Positions 8,023 to 19,128 of a stretch of 64,000 nt of DNA are shown here, in pieces (position 1 is the first letter of the stretch; each line of letters starts with the position of its first letter). The stretch covers positions 64,469 through 128,468 of the forward strand of contig JAKAPL010000001.1 of NCBI GenBank assembly GCA_021807105.1, given 5' to 3'. The DNA is from Myxococcales bacterium (GTDB taxonomy: Bacteria; Myxococcota; Myxococcia; Myxococcales; JAKAPL01). The position numbers and the translations under genes are program-made. The notes under the pieces are model-generated. The model worked only from the letters and a program-made list of their open reading frames with translations. It was not told the origin of the DNA and did not search any database.

Positions 8023-9351
8023 GTGCCCACGCTCTACACCGTAACCCTCGGCTGCCCGAAGAACCGGGTGGACACCGAGGTCATGCTCGGGGGGCTCGTC
8101 ACGCGCGGCTTCACGCCCGTCCCCGACCCGGCCGCGGCGGAGGTCATCCTCGTCAACACCTGCGCCTTCATCGGGCCGGCGAAGGAGGAGTCGATCGATA
8201 CGATCCTCGAGCTCGCCCGCCACAAGGAGACGGGCGCCTGCAGAACGCTCGTCGTCGCCGGCTGCCTGCCGCAGCGCTACGGAGAGCGGCTCGCCGCCGA
8301 GCTGCCGGAGGTCGACCACTTCGCGGGCACGGGCGCGGTCGAGGAGCTCGCGCCGCTCCTCGCCGGACGCCGCCTGCCCCGCACCCACCTGCCCGATCCC
8401 GACGGCGCGTTCGGCGGCCCCCGCGTCGCGTCGCTGCCCGTCCAGAGCGCGTATCTGAAGATCGCCGAGGGGTGCGACAACGACTGCGCGTTCTGCATCA
8501 TCCCCGAGCTGCGCGGCCCGCAGAAGAGCCTCCCCATCGCCGCGGTCGTCGCCGAGGCGCGGCGCCTGGTCGCGCGCGGCGCGGTCGAGCTGAACCTCGT
8601 CGCCCAGGACCTCACCGCCTATGGCCACGACCTGCCCGGCCGGCCGAGGCTCCACGAGCTGCTCGACGCGCTCGGCGAGCTCCCCGCCCGCTGGATCCGG
8701 CTGCTCTACGCCTACCCGCGCGACTTCCCCGACGCGCTCGTCGAGGCGATCGCGAGGACGCCGAACGTCGTCAAGTATCTCGACCTGCCGCTCCAGCATT
8801 GCTCCGACCGGCTGCTGCGCCGCATGCGCCGCGGCCGCGACGGCCGGTTCCTGCGCGGCCTGCTCGCGCGGCTGCGCGCGGGGATTCCCGGGCTCGTCCT
8901 GAGGACCTCGCTGATCGCCGGGCTGCCGGGCGAGACGGAGGAGGACTTCCAGGAGCTGTGCGCCTTCGTCCGCGAGCAGCGCTTCGAGCGGCTCGGCGTC
9001 TTCGAGTACTCCGACGAGGAGGGGACGGCGGCCTTCGCCATGGACGGGAAGCTCCCGCGCGCGACGATCCGCCAGCGCCGCCGCGCGCTGATGGCGATCC
9101 AGCGCCCGATCTCCCGCGAGAAGAACCGCGCGCTCGTCGGCCGGCGGATCGAGCTGCTCGTCGAGGGCCTCGGGGAAGGGGCGCCGCTCGTGGGTCGCCA
9201 CGCCGGCCAGGCGCCGGAGATCGACGGGCAGGTCTACGCGACCGGCCAGGCCGAGCCCGGCGCGATCGTCACGGTCGAGATCGACAAGGCCGGCGATTAC
9301 GACCTCTGGGGCACCGTCGAGGGGAGCCGCCGGCTGCGGGTGGTCCCGTAG
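8023..9351 (+). CDS. rimO: Ribosomal protein S12 methylthiotransferase RimO (radical SAM MTTase)
   Basis: 442 aa. N-terminal TLGCPKN..D.E, VNTCAF, radical-SAM CDNDCAFC, C-terminal TRAM-like domain. GTG start at 8023. Confidence 0.92.
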   Translation: MPTLYTVTLGCPKNRVDTEVMLGGLVTRGFTPVPDPAAAEVILVNTCAFIGPAKEESIDTILELARHKETGACRTLVVAGCLPQRYGERLAAELPEVDHFAGTGAVEELAPLLAGRRLPRTHLPDPDGAFGGPRVASLPVQSAYLKIAEGCDNDCAFCIIPELRGPQKSLPIAAVVAEARRLVARGAVELNLVAQDLTAYGHDLPGRPRLHELLDALGELPARWIRLLYAYPRDFPDALVEAIARTPNVVKYLDLPLQHCSDRLLRRMRRGRDGRFLRGLLARLRAGIPGLVLRTSLIAGLPGETEEDFQELCAFVREQRFERLGVFEYSDEEGTAAFAMDGKLPRATIRQRRRALMAIQRPISREKNRALVGRRIELLVEGLGEGAPLVGRHAGQAPEIDGQVYATGQAEPGAIVTVEIDKAGDYDLWGTVEGSRRLRVVP

Positions 9352-9396
9352 CGCCAGGGCCCCGGGCTCCGCGATCCCTTCCGTCCCATCGTCCGC

Positions 9397-9425
9397 TTGC
9401 CGTCACCGCCCGTTTCCGCTATAGC
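9397..9425 (+). promoter_or_regulatory. Candidate sigma70-type promoter of the BMC operon
   Basis: TTGCCG (9397-9402), 17-nt spacer, TATAGC (9420-9425). It is followed by GGAGGG and the TTG start at 9448. Pattern match only. Confidence 0.35.
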
Positions 9426-9447
9426 GCGGCTCGCCCCGGAGGGTACC

Positions 9448-10089
9448 TTGGCCACCTCGCTGCGCGCCTACGTCTTCCTCGATTCCTTGCAGCCCCAGCT
9501 CGCCGCGCACGTCGGCACGACCTCGCGCGGCTTCCTGCCCGTGCCCCACGTGGCCTCGCTCTTTGTCGAGATCGCGCCCGGGATGGGCATCCACCGGCTG
9601 CTCGACTCCGCGCTCAAGGCGACCCGCTGCCTCCCCGCGTCGATGGTCGTCGAGCGGGCCTACGGCATGATGGAGGTCCACCACGAGGACAAGGGCGAGG
9701 TCGTCTCGGCCGGCCACGCGGTGCTCGAGACGCTGGGCGCGAAGGAGGAGGACCGGCTCAAGCCGCGGATCGTGAGCAACCAGATCATCCGGGCGGTCGA
9801 ACCGACGCACGCGCAGCTCATCAACCGGATCCGGTACGGGTCGATGCTCATCCCCGGGGACAGCCTCTTCATCCTGGAGACCGAGCCCGCGGCCTACGTC
9901 GCCTTCGCGGCGAACGAGGCCGAGAAGGCGGCGCGGGTGCAGCTCATCGAGGTGCAGACGTTCGGGGCCTACGGCCGCCTCTACCTGGGCGGCCCGGAGA
10001 GCGAAATCGACAGCGCCGCCAAGGCGGCGATCGACTCGCTCTCGGGACTCTCCGGCCGCGAGTGGAAGGACGGCGGGGGAGCGAAGTAA
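9448..10089 (+). CDS. BMC-T shell protein (tandem, permuted BMC domains; CsoS1D/CcmP-like, like Haliangium ochraceum BMC-T2/T3)
   Basis: [18 protein letters not shown]...VEIAPGMG...ALKATRC...VERAYG...[21 protein letters not shown]...[11 protein letters not shown]. Start placed at TTG 9448 (GGAGGG 4 nt upstream) rather than the track start at 9397. Confidence 0.85.
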   Translation: MATSLRAYVFLDSLQPQLAAHVGTTSRGFLPVPHVASLFVEIAPGMGIHRLLDSALKATRCLPASMVVERAYGMMEVHHEDKGEVVSAGHAVLETLGAKEEDRLKPRIVSNQIIRAVEPTHAQLINRIRYGSMLIPGDSLFILETEPAAYVAFAANEAEKAARVQLIEVQTFGAYGRLYLGGPESEIDSAAKAAIDSLSGLSGREWKDGGGAK

Positions 10090-10119
10090 TCCACGCAGGA
10101 CTTGTTCGAGGAGGACACC

Positions 10120-10722
<603 letters not shown>

Positions 10723-10725
10723 CCC

Positions 10726-12162
10726 GTGCTCTCGCCGCAGGAGCTCTCCGCGATCGTCGAGAAGGTCGTCGCGAGGCTCGCGCCCGATCTCTCCGCGGCG
10801 ACAGTCGCGCCGGAGCCCGCCGCCCGTCCGGCCGCGCCCGCGTACGTGGCGGGACACCGGGGCGTCTTCGAGGACGTGGACGCGGCGGTGGCCGCGGCGC
10901 GGGACGCCCACGAGGAGCTCGCCGCCGGGACGCTCGAGCTGCGCGCGAAGATCCTCCTGGCGATGCGCGAGGCGACGCGCCAGGCGGCGGCCGAGCTGGC
11001 CTCGCGGGCCGTCTCCGAGACGGGGCTCGGCCGCGTCGCGGACAAGATCCAGAAGAACCTCCTCTGCGCCAACAAGACGCCGGGGCTCGAGATCCTCGAG
11101 CCGATCTCGTACACCGGCGACCACGGCCTCACGCTCATCGAGCGGGCGCCGTTCGGGGTGATCGGGAGCATCACGCCGTCCACCAACCCCGCCGCGACGA
11201 TCATCAACAACGCCATCGGCATGATCGCCGGGGGCAACGCCGTCGTCTTCAACCCCCACCCGTCGGCCAAGGGGGTGAGCCGCGCCTTCGTCGAGCGGCT
11301 CGACGAGGCGATCGTCGCGGCCGGCGGCCCCGGGAACCTCCTGACCTGCCTCGCCGAGCCGACCATCGAGAGCGCCCAGGCGCTCATGCGTCACCCGGGC
11401 GTGCGGCTCGTCGTCGTGACGGGCGGCCCCGCGGTCGTGAAGGCGGCGATGGCCTCTGGGAAGCGGGCCATCGCGGCCGGGCCCGGCAACCCCCCGGTCG
11501 TCGTGGACGAGACGGCCCACCTCGACGAGGCCGGGCGCGACGTGGTGCTGGGCGCCTCGCTCGACAACAACATCGTCTGCATCGTGGAGAAGGAGCTGTT
11601 CGCGGTCGATTCGATCGCCGGCGCGCTCAAGGCCGAGATGCTGAAGAACGGCGCCGTCGAGGTGCGCGGGGCGGCCATCACGAGGCTCGCGAAGCTCGTC
11701 GTGACCAGCGACGGCCATCCCGCCCGCGAGTGGGTCGGCAAGGACGCGGCGAAGATCGCGCGCGCGGCAGGCATCCCCTGCCCCGAGGACGCGCGGTTGC
11801 TCGTCGCCGAGGTGGACGAGGGCCACCCGTTCGTGCAGGTCGAGCTGCTCTTGCCCGTCCTCCCGCTCGTGCGCGTGCGCGACGCCGACGAGGGGATCGC
11901 GGCCGCGCTGCGCGCCGAACACGGGTTCCACCACACCGCGGTGATGCACTCGACGAACATCGACCGGCTCCACGACATGGCCAAGGCGATGAACACCTCG
12001 ATCTTCGTGAAGAACGCGCCGTCGTTCGCCGGCCTCGGCCTCGGCGGCGAGGGCTATACGAGCTTCACCATCGCCTCCCCCACCGGCGAAGGTCTCACCA
12101 CGGCGCGCAGCTTCACCCGCGAGCGGCGGTGCACGCTCGAAGGCCACTTCAGGATCGTTTGA
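10726..12162 (+). CDS. CoA-acylating aldehyde dehydrogenase (PduP/EutE-like) with an N-terminal encapsulation peptide
   Basis: 478 aa. Amphipathic N-terminal helix [38 protein letters not shown], catalytic-Cys context [14 protein letters not shown] start 3 nt after the BMC-P stop. Confidence 0.9.
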   Translation: MLSPQELSAIVEKVVARLAPDLSAATVAPEPAARPAAPAYVAGHRGVFEDVDAAVAAARDAHEELAAGTLELRAKILLAMREATRQAAAELASRAVSETGLGRVADKIQKNLLCANKTPGLEILEPISYTGDHGLTLIERAPFGVIGSITPSTNPAATIINNAIGMIAGGNAVVFNPHPSAKGVSRAFVERLDEAIVAAGGPGNLLTCLAEPTIESAQALMRHPGVRLVVVTGGPAVVKAAMASGKRAIAAGPGNPPVVVDETAHLDEAGRDVVLGASLDNNIVCIVEKELFAVDSIAGALKAEMLKNGAVEVRGAAITRLAKLVVTSDGHPAREWVGKDAAKIARAAGIPCPEDARLLVAEVDEGHPFVQVELLLPVLPLVRVRDADEGIAAALRAEHGFHHTAVMHSTNIDRLHDMAKAMNTSIFVKNAPSFAGLGLGGEGYTSFTIASPTGEGLTTARSFTRERRCTLEGHFRIV

Positions 12163-12756
12163 CGATCGAGGCCCGCCGTTCACGCACCCCCACCCGAGGG
12201 CCACGAGCCCTGCCTCGCGCTGCTCGAGATCGACGGCATCGCGCGCGGCTACGTCGTCGCCGACGCGGTCGCCAAGCGTGCGCCGGTCCGGATCCTCTCC
12301 GGCGAGGCCGTGACGCCGGGCAAGTTCCTCCTCCTCTTCGCGGGCGGGGTCGCCGAGGTGGCCGAGTCGCTCGCCGCCGGCGTGGACGCGGCCGGCGAGC
12401 GGCTCCTCGACCAGCTCTACCTGCCGCAGGCCCACGAAGAGCTGTCTCGCGCGCTCCAGGGGGAGCGGCCGCCGCCGGCCGGCTCCCTGGGGATCGTGGA
12501 GACCCTCGGCGCCGCCGCGGCCCTGCTCGCCGCCGACGCCGCGTGCAAGGCCGCGAACGTCGCGCTCGGCACGCTCCGCCTCGCCCGGGGCATCGGGGGC
12601 AAGGGCTTCTTCACGCTCGGGGGCGACCAGCACGACGTCGAGGCCGCGCTCGAGGCCGCCGCCGGGGCCGTCTCGCCGGGGGCGGTCGTGGACGTGCAGC
12701 TCGTGGCCTCCCCCCACCCCGATCTGCGCGGCTCCATCCTGCCCCGCGGCCGCTGA
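12163..12756 (+). CDS. PduT-like tandem BMC-T shell protein (H. ochraceum BMC-T1-like); start codon unresolved
   Basis: The open frame reads ...[33 protein letters not shown]...[20 protein letters not shown]...[25 protein letters not shown]...[24 protein letters not shown], i.e. two BMC domains. There is no ATG/GTG/TTG in frame before GTG 12310, which would delete the first beta-strands (see finding). Confidence 0.8.
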   Translation, partial: RSRPAVHAPPPEGHEPCLALLEIDGIARGYVVADAVAKRAPVRILSGEAVTPGKFLLLFAGGVAEVAESLAAGVDAAGERLLDQLYLPQAHEELSRALQGERPPPAGSLGIVETLGAAAALLAADAACKAANVALGTLRLARGIGGKGFFTLGGDQHDVEAALEAAAGAVSPGAVVDVQLVASPHPDLRGSILPRGR

Positions 12757-13111
12757 TCGACTGCTTCCGGGAACGCTCGTGCGCTGCGAAGGCGAGACGG
12801 GTCCCCTCGGGACGGGCTCCACGCCACCCCTTACGGACCCGCTCCCGATCGTAGCGCGGCGAGCCACCGCCGGAAACCCAAGGCGGCCCAGGGGCGCGGG
12901 CCGCGCACCGTCGTCCGGACCACCCAGCGGCGGTCCTCTGTCGCAGGGGCGCGCAGATCCCCCCGCACCCCCATCACACCGCAGCCTCCGTATGAGCATC
13001 CCTAAGTCTTTGCGCCGCACGAGCATCCTCGGAAGGAGTCGATCAGGCAGCCAGTCATCGCTTGACATCGCCCGCCCGGCTGCCGAGCATGCGCGCCCTG
13101 GAAAACGGACG

Positions 13112-14002
13112 ATGCCCACCGCCCCGACCGCCCCCGCCGCCGGCTACCTGACCTCGCTCGCCGGCCTCTGCCGGCCGCACATCGTGGCCATCGCGGGGCT
13201 CGCCGCCGTGGTCTTCGGCTGGTTCTTCGGGGGGAGGCTCTCGGCCGCTGCGGGCCTCGTCGCCGCGCTGGACTGGTTTCTCCTGAACCTCTGGAACCGG
13301 CTCGCCGACGTGCCCGAGGACCGGCGCAACGGCGTCGCGGGCGTCGAGTGGGCCGCGCGCCACGGCCCCGCGATCGGGTTCTCGGCGCTGGCCGTCTTCG
13401 CCGCCTCGCTGCTCGCGACCTTTCGGTTCGGGCCGTGGCTGCTCGGGTTGCGCCTCGCTTTCCAGATGGGAGGCTTCGCCTACAGCTTCTCGATCTTCGG
13501 GGTGAAGAGGCTCAAGGACCGCGTGGGCGTGAAGAACGTCGCCTCCGCCGTCCTCTTCCTGATCAGCGTCTTCGGCTATCCCCTGGCGATCGGGCACGAC
13601 CCCTTCCCGCGTCCCATCGAGCTCGCCTTCCTCGCGGCCTTCTTCGTGCCCTTCGAGATCACCTACGAGCTGATCTACGACCTGCGGGACGTCGAAGGCG
13701 ACCTCGCCGCGGGCCTCTGGACCGTGCCCATCCTGCTCGGGGACGAGGGGACGCGCGGTCTCATCCGCGGTCTCCTCTGGGCGTGTGCGCTCGCGCTCGT
13801 CGCCGGCTTCGCGACGGGCTCGCTCCGCTTCGCCGAGCTGGCGATGATCGCGGCGCCGATCCAGCAGGCGATCCTCCTGCGCTGGCCGCTTGGCCGGGTC
13901 ACGGCGAAGGGCGCGGTCTTCGCGACCTGGATGGGCGCTGGACAGCTCGCCACCTTCATCCTCTGGGTCGCGGCCGGCCTCCCGCTCGGACCGGGGCGCT
14001 GA
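13112..14002 (+). CDS. UbiA-family aromatic/isoprenoid prenyltransferase (membrane)
   Basis: 296 aa, multi-TM, first Asp-rich motif [12 protein letters not shown] and second [16 protein letters not shown] 13112. Confidence 0.85.
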   Translation: MPTAPTAPAAGYLTSLAGLCRPHIVAIAGLAAVVFGWFFGGRLSAAAGLVAALDWFLLNLWNRLADVPEDRRNGVAGVEWAARHGPAIGFSALAVFAASLLATFRFGPWLLGLRLAFQMGGFAYSFSIFGVKRLKDRVGVKNVASAVLFLISVFGYPLAIGHDPFPRPIELAFLAAFFVPFEITYELIYDLRDVEGDLAAGLWTVPILLGDEGTRGLIRGLLWACALALVAGFATGSLRFAELAMIAAPIQQAILLRWPLGRVTAKGAVFATWMGAGQLATFILWVAAGLPLGPGR

Positions 14003-14868
14003 TGAGCGTCGTCGCGCCCGTCGAGCTGGCCTGCGCCGCGGTCCTCGGCCTCTATGTCGCGGCGGCCGGAAGCGGGCGCGCCGCGCTGGCCGACGTGCTC
14101 CTGCTCGGCGCGGGAGCCTGGGTGGGCGAGGAGATCTGCATCCGCGGCTATCACGCCTACGCCTACGCGCCGGCCTGGCACCTCTTCCTCGACCGGCTCC
14201 CGCTGGCGGTCCTCCTCACCTGGCCGGCCGTGATCCTCTCGGGCCGCGCCGTGGCGAAGCTGCTGTCCGGAGCGATCGCCGCGAGGGGACGCGGGGGGGA
14301 GGCTCTCCCGTCCTCCCCCGAGGAGGCGATCCCGGTCCGGGCGCACCTTCCGATCGCGCTCTGGACGGGTCTCGTCGTCTGGTTCGATGCCTCGCTCGTC
14401 GAGCCGGTCGCGACCCACGCGGGCCTCTGGCATTGGAACCTCCCCGGTCCCTTCTCCGTTCCGCTCGTCGGACCGCTCGGCTGGGGCTTCTACGCCGCCG
14501 CGGGGGTCTGGTGCCTGGACCGGCTGCGCGGCGGCTGGCGCCTCGCGACCGTGCTGCTCGCCCCCGCCCTCGCGCACCTCCTCATCCTCGCCTCCTGGTG
14601 GGGCGCGCTGCGCTGGGTCGCCGCGCCGTGGCCGGAGAGCGTGGCGCTCGTCGCGGGGCTCGGCTTCTGCGGCGTGGCCACCCTCGTCGCGCTGCGCGCG
14701 CGCCGCGGCGGGCGGCTGGCCTGGCGCGAGGCGGTGCCCCGCGCAGGGGCCGCCGCGGTCTTCTTCGCGCTCCTCGGCGTACGGCCGGACGCCGCGCTCG
14801 CCCTCTTCGCCCTCGCCTTCGCGCCCCCCTGGCTCGCGCTGCTGCCCTCTCCGGCGCGACCCCGGTGA
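14002..14868 (+). CDS. Polytopic membrane protein, probably of the DUF422 / CruF-like carotenoid-biosynthesis family
   Basis: 288 aa, about 7 hydrophobic segments, GLWHW..PG....VPLVGPLGWGFY motif. The ATG overlaps the UbiA stop (TGATG). The family assignment comes from memory of the lyeJ-cruF gene pairing and is tentative. Confidence 0.55.
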   Translation: MSVVAPVELACAAVLGLYVAAAGSGRAALADVLLLGAGAWVGEEICIRGYHAYAYAPAWHLFLDRLPLAVLLTWPAVILSGRAVAKLLSGAIAARGRGGEALPSSPEEAIPVRAHLPIALWTGLVVWFDASLVEPVATHAGLWHWNLPGPFSVPLVGPLGWGFYAAAGVWCLDRLRGGWRLATVLLAPALAHLLILASWWGALRWVAAPWPESVALVAGLGFCGVATLVALRARRGGRLAWREAVPRAGAAAVFFALLGVRPDAALALFALAFAPPWLALLPSPARPR

Positions 14869-14977
14869 ACCCTTGACGCCCAGGAGAACAGGAGGGCTGG
14901 GGGAGCTACGCGGGAGGCGGCCTCCTCCCGCCTCCCCTCGCACCTCGGGTCCTCCCCTTCCCGGGTGAACGCCGCCC

Positions 14978-16027
14978 ATGGACGACATCCCGCGCCGCAA
15001 GGCCCAGCAGATCGCGCTCGCCGCCTCGGGCCGGATGCGCTTCTCGCGCAAGACGACGCTCCTCGACGAGGTCGAGCTGATCCACGACGCCCTGCCCGAG
15101 CTCGCCCTAAACGAGATCGACGTCTCCGTCGAGATTCTCGGCCGCCGGCTCTCCGCGCCCATCCTCGTCGGGGCGATGACCGGCGGGACCCCGGAGGCGC
15201 GGCGAATCAACCTCGACCTCGCGGCCGCCGCCCAGGCCGAGCGCGTCGGCTTCTGCCTCGGCAGCCAGCGCGCCATGGCGCGCGACCCGGGCCTCACCGA
15301 GACCTACGAGGTCCGCGAGGCCGCGCCGGACGTGCTGCTCGCCGGGAACCTCGGACTCGTGCAGGCCGCCCGCCTGGGCCCCGAAGGCGTCGACCGGCTG
15401 CGGGCCGCCGTCGGCGCCGACGCCATCTTCCTCCACCTGAACCCGGCGATGGAGCTGGCGCAGGGGGACGGCGACCGCGACTTCCGCGGCGGGCTCGACG
15501 CGCTGCGCGCGCTCGCCCGCCGGCTCGGCGATCGGCTCTGGGTGAAAGAGACCGGCTGCGGCCTCTCGCGGGCGGCCGCCCGCCGCCTGCGCGGCGCCGG
15601 CGTGCGGACCGTGGACACGGGCGGCGCGGGTGGGACGTCGTGGGTGGCCGTCGAGCTGGCCCGGCCCGACGCGAACGGCGCGGCCGGGCCGTTTCGAGAG
15701 TGGGGCATTCCCACCGCGGTCTCCGTCGTCTGCTGCGCGGGCGAGGGGCTCACCACATTCGCGGGCGGGGGCCTGCGCGACGGGCTCGACCTCGCGCGGG
15801 CGATCGCGCTCGGCGCCACGGGCGGCAGCTTCGCCGCGCAGCTCCTGCACGCGCAGCGGGCCGCGGGCTCCGGGGGCGTCCGGGCGGTCCTCCGCGAGAT
15901 CGCCGATTCGTTGCGCATGGCGCTCGCGCTCACCGGATCCCACGACCTCGCCGGGCTGCGGGCCGCCCCTCGCGTCCTCGGCCCGAACCTCACCCGGTGG
16001 CTCCAATCGCTCCCGGCGGGAGGCTAG
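14978..16027 (+). CDS. fni: Type 2 isopentenyl-diphosphate delta-isomerase (FMN-dependent)
   Basis: 349 aa. RK..H..LA, ELIH.ALPE, APILVGAMTGG, LGSQRA, FLHLN..QE-like LHLNPAMELAQ, VKETG.G, GGAGGTSW, GGLR.G.D.A.A.ALGA. Confidence 0.9.
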   Translation: MDDIPRRKAQQIALAASGRMRFSRKTTLLDEVELIHDALPELALNEIDVSVEILGRRLSAPILVGAMTGGTPEARRINLDLAAAAQAERVGFCLGSQRAMARDPGLTETYEVREAAPDVLLAGNLGLVQAARLGPEGVDRLRAAVGADAIFLHLNPAMELAQGDGDRDFRGGLDALRALARRLGDRLWVKETGCGLSRAAARRLRGAGVRTVDTGGAGGTSWVAVELARPDANGAAGPFREWGIPTAVSVVCCAGEGLTTFAGGGLRDGLDLARAIALGATGGSFAAQLLHAQRAAGSGGVRAVLREIADSLRMALALTGSHDLAGLRAAPRVLGPNLTRWLQSLPAGG

Positions 16028-16392
16028 GCGCCGCTGTTCTTGGCGGGTTCGACGAGCCCGGCGATAACGTCACAGGCGAGGGACTGGACCCGCCCTGGCG
16101 TGGTATCGGATCGATCCGTGAAGCTGACGCTTCGGCGGGTCCGCTCCTGCCTCGCGGTGGGGGGCATCTGGCACGCTTGTTCCGGGGCCGGAGGCCAGCT
16201 CCGGGTTGCCTCCAGTGCGCGCGTTCCGGCTGCCGTTTCGTCGGCACCGAAGACGTCCGACTCGGCTCCGGCGGTGACGGATTACGGCGGGCTGGGTTTC
16301 GACCCGACGGGCAACGCGTGGAGGTGTCCCCCAGCCCAGATGTGCGGCGACTTCAGCCCCACGGTGAATGTCATTCGCCGGCGCCGTCGGTG

Positions 16393-16467
16393 ACGCCGAA
16401 CTCGCCCCTCTCGGCCCCGGTCTCGAACGCCTCGCTGCGCCGTCCCGTCGCGCACAATCAGACGGGC
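16393..16467 (-). repeat. Truncated, degenerate relic of a family-A MITE arm
   Basis: CTCGCCCCTCTCGGCCCCGGTCTCGAACGCCTCGCTGCGCCGTCCCGTCGCGCACAATCAGACGGG aligns to the CTTGCCCTTCTCGGCTGCGGTCTCAAACGCCTCGCTACGCCGTACCGTGAATAAGACGGG arm. The other arm is not recognisable. Confidence 0.5.
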
Positions 16468-16496
16468 CAGTCGCCGGAAGTCGCCGAAGTCGCCGG

Positions 16497-17123
16497 TCAG
16501 GCGGCGGACGGGATCCCGCGCCAGAAGGCGCGGAAGTAGCCCGCCGCCGAGGTGAGCGAGGGGACGAGCGACAGATAGAGCAGCCAGGTCCCGACCGCGT
16601 GGAAGTCGATGATCGCGGCCGCGACGAGGAAGTCGATCCGGTACGGGAAGTGGACGAGGAGGGCGGCGATCCCGGTGAGCTGGAGCGAGGTCTTCCACTT
16701 GCCCCCCTGGGACGCGGAGATGACCATCCCCTCACCGACCGCGATCGTCCGCAGGCCGGAGATGACGAACTCGCGGGCGAGGATGAGGATCACGACCCCC
16801 GAGGCGACGCGCCCGAGACGGGTGAGCATGACGAGCGCCGCCATGACGATCAGCTTGTCGGCGAGCGGGTCCATGAACTTCCCGAGGATGGTGACGAGAT
16901 TCAGACGGCGGGCGAGCCAGCCGTCGAGCACGTCGGTGACCGAGGCGAGGGAGAAGATCAGCGTCGCGACGAAGCTGTCCAGCGGATCGGCCCGCCAGGT
17001 GAAATAGGCGAAGAACGGGATGACCACGACGCGCCCGAGCGTCAGGACGTTCGGCAGGTTTCCGAGCTCGCGGCGGAGCATCCCCGCCCGCGGCCGGGGC
17101 GTCGCCTCCGGCCCCTCCGGCAT
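16497..17123 (-). CDS. pgsA: CDP-diacylglycerol--glycerol-3-phosphate 3-phosphatidyltransferase
   Basis: CDP-alcohol phosphatidyltransferase motif DVLDGWLARRLNLVTILGKFMDPLADK. The start could alternatively be the Met 14 codons downstream of the called start. Confidence 0.88.
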   Translation of the reverse strand: MPEGPEATPRPRAGMLRRELGNLPNVLTLGRVVVIPFFAYFTWRADPLDSFVATLIFSLASVTDVLDGWLARRLNLVTILGKFMDPLADKLIVMAALVMLTRLGRVASGVVILILAREFVISGLRTIAVGEGMVISASQGGKWKTSLQLTGIAALLVHFPYRIDFLVAAAIIDFHAVGTWLLYLSLVPSLTSAAGYFRAFWRGIPSAA

Positions 17124-17126
17124 CGC

Positions 17127-17735
17127 TCATCCGCCCGTCTGGCCGGACAACGTCCGGAACGTCTGGATCACCCGCAGCACGTACTCCTGCGTCTCCTGGA
17201 TCGCCGGGACGCCGCTGCCGCCCGCGCCCACCGACCGGACGACCTGATCCGGACCGGCGTTGTAGGCTGCGAGGACCTTGATCAGGTCGCCGTCGAAGCG
17301 GTTCACGAGCACGCGCAGGTAGCGGACGCCGCCCTGGATGTTCTGCACGGGGTCGTAGACATCGCCGACGTACATCTCCCGCGCCGTCTCCGGCATGAGC
17401 TGCATGAGCCCGACCGCGCCGCGCGCGCTGACCGCGAGCGGGTTGTAGTTGCTCTCGACCGCCACGACCGCCTTCACGAGCGCGGACGGGATGTTGTACA
17501 GGTCCGCGTACTTGGCGATGACCGGGTCCAGGAGCGCCGCCGGGAGTTGGAGCGGGGCTCCCCGACGACCCGGATGGCGCCGGGAGACATTGTACAGGTG
17601 GACGACCCCGCGCGAGTCGGTGAAGCTGCGGATCCCGCCCGCCCGGCCGAGGGCAGGAGACGCCACCGCCAGCATCGCCGCCGCGCCGGCCGCCCGGATG
17701 CCCGTCCGCGCCATCACCGCGAAGGATACCAGCAT
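17127..17735 (-). CDS. Lytic transglycosylase (SLT domain) with signal peptide
   Basis: VKAVVAVESNYNPLAVSARGAVGLMQLMPETA...YLRVL...LAAYNAGP. Start taken at MLVSFAVMARTG (17735); 17714 is also possible. Confidence 0.85.
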   Translation of the reverse strand: MLVSFAVMARTGIRAAGAAAMLAVASPALGRAGGIRSFTDSRGVVHLYNVSRRHPGRRGAPLQLPAALLDPVIAKYADLYNIPSALVKAVVAVESNYNPLAVSARGAVGLMQLMPETAREMYVGDVYDPVQNIQGGVRYLRVLVNRFDGDLIKVLAAYNAGPDQVVRSVGAGGSGVPAIQETQEYVLRVIQTFRTLSGQTGG

Positions 17736-17793
17736 CCCTCTCCCCCCGGCAATGAATCGCTCCGGCGTGGCCGGCGCTGATCCAACACCGGAT

Positions 17794-19095
17794 TCACGGC
17801 GACAGCCGCTCGATGGTCCTCGCGAAGGGGATCGTCTCCCGGACGTGGTGCAGGCCGCAGATCCACGCAACCGTCCGCTCGACGCCCAGCCCGAACCCCG
17901 CGTGCGGGACCGAGCCCCAGCGCCGCAGGTCGAGGTACCAGCCGAACGCCTCGCGCGGCAGCCCCTGCGCGTCGATCGCCGCCTCGAGCTTCGCGAGGTC
18001 CTCCTCGCGCTGGCCGCCGCCGACGATCTCGCCGTAGCCCTCCGGCGCGAGCACGTCGATCCCGAGCGCGAGTCGCGGGTCCTCCGGGTCCTTCTTGAAG
18101 TAGAACGCCTTCATCGACGCGGGGAAGCGGTGGACGACGACCGGCCGGTCGAACTGGTTCGCGAGCACGGTCTCCTCGTCCCCGCCGATGTCCGCGCCCC
18201 ACTCCATCGGATGGCCCGCCGCGCATATCCGCGCGACCGCCTCCGAGTAGGTGATCCGCGGGAACGGCTTCTTCACCCGTTCGAGCGGCTCGACCGGCCG
18301 TTCGAGCGCCCCCGCGATCTCCGCCCGGTGCTTGGCCAAGACGCTCCCCACGACCTCGACCAGCATGTCCTCGGCGAGGTCCATGTCCCCGGCGAGATCC
18401 AGGTAGGCGACCTCGGGCTCGATCATCCAGAACTCGGTCAGGTGGCGGCGCGTCTTGCTCTTCTCGGCCCGGAAGGTCGGCCCGAAGACGTAGACCTTGC
18501 CGAAGGCCATGGCCCCCGCCTCTCCGTAGAGCTGCCCGCTCTGGGTGAGGTAGGCCGTCTCGCCGAAGTACGGGACCGAGAAGAGCGTGCTCGTCCCCTC
18601 GCAGGCGGCGGGCGTCAGGATGGGCGCGTCGAGCAACGTGAAGCCGCGCGCGTCGAAGTAGTCGCGCAGCGCCTTCACGATCGAGTGGCGGATCCGCAGG
18701 ATGGCGTGCTGACGGGCCGAGCGCAGCCACAGGTGGCGGTGCTCCATGAGGAAGCCGACGCCGTGCTCCTTCGGGCCGATCGGGAACCCCTCGGCGGCCT
18801 GCACCACCGCGAGGTCCTTGACCGACAGCTCGTAGCCGAACGCCGAGCGGGCGTCCTTCCTGACCGTCCCGCGGACGATGACCGACGCCTCCTGCGGCAG
18901 CTTGTCGGCCGCCGCGAAGAGCGGCTCGGGGACGTCCCCCTTGAACAGCACCGCCTGGAGGGTCCCCGTCCCGTCGCGAATCTGGAGGAAGTGGAGCTTC
19001 CCGGACGACCGCCGCGCGTACAGCCATCCCTTGAGGGTGACCTCGCTCCCCTCGTGCTTCGCGACGTCCTCGACATAGACCCACGGAGTCTCCAT
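17794..19095 (-). CDS. asnS: Asparagine--tRNA ligase (class IIb; an archaeal-type AspRS is not excluded)
   Basis: 433 aa. OB-fold N-terminus, class II motifs [21 protein letters not shown] and [15 protein letters not shown]. Confidence 0.82.
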   Translation of the reverse strand: METPWVYVEDVAKHEGSEVTLKGWLYARRSSGKLHFLQIRDGTGTLQAVLFKGDVPEPLFAAADKLPQEASVIVRGTVRKDARSAFGYELSVKDLAVVQAAEGFPIGPKEHGVGFLMEHRHLWLRSARQHAILRIRHSIVKALRDYFDARGFTLLDAPILTPAACEGTSTLFSVPYFGETAYLTQSGQLYGEAGAMAFGKVYVFGPTFRAEKSKTRRHLTEFWMIEPEVAYLDLAGDMDLAEDMLVEVVGSVLAKHRAEIAGALERPVEPLERVKKPFPRITYSEAVARICAAGHPMEWGADIGGDEETVLANQFDRPVVVHRFPASMKAFYFKKDPEDPRLALGIDVLAPEGYGEIVGGGQREEDLAKLEAAIDAQGLPREAFGWYLDLRRWGSVPHAGFGLGVERTVAWICGLHHVRETIPFARTIERLSP

Positions 19096-19128
19096 GGCGG
19101 GACATATACACCACCGGCCGCGGGCGGT

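Noticed and set aside
7772-8044. Small ORF starting at the AGGAGG-N9-ATG inside the family-B element (MAACCESRSLRSRR...), with a counterpart in copy B2 (MAAYRESRSLRCDG...).
   Set aside because: The two copies differ by a 1-nt indel after ~10 codons, so the downstream amino-acid sequences are unrelated while the nucleotide sequence is conserved. Conservation is therefore at the DNA/RNA level, not the protein level.
16282-16374. 30-codon minus-strand ORF MTFTVGLKSPHIWAGGHLHALPVGSKPSPP in the idi/pgsA spacer, with GC-rich third positions.
   Set aside because: There is no ribosome-binding site, no recognisable motif, and it adjoins the MITE relic. The evidence is insufficient to call a gene.
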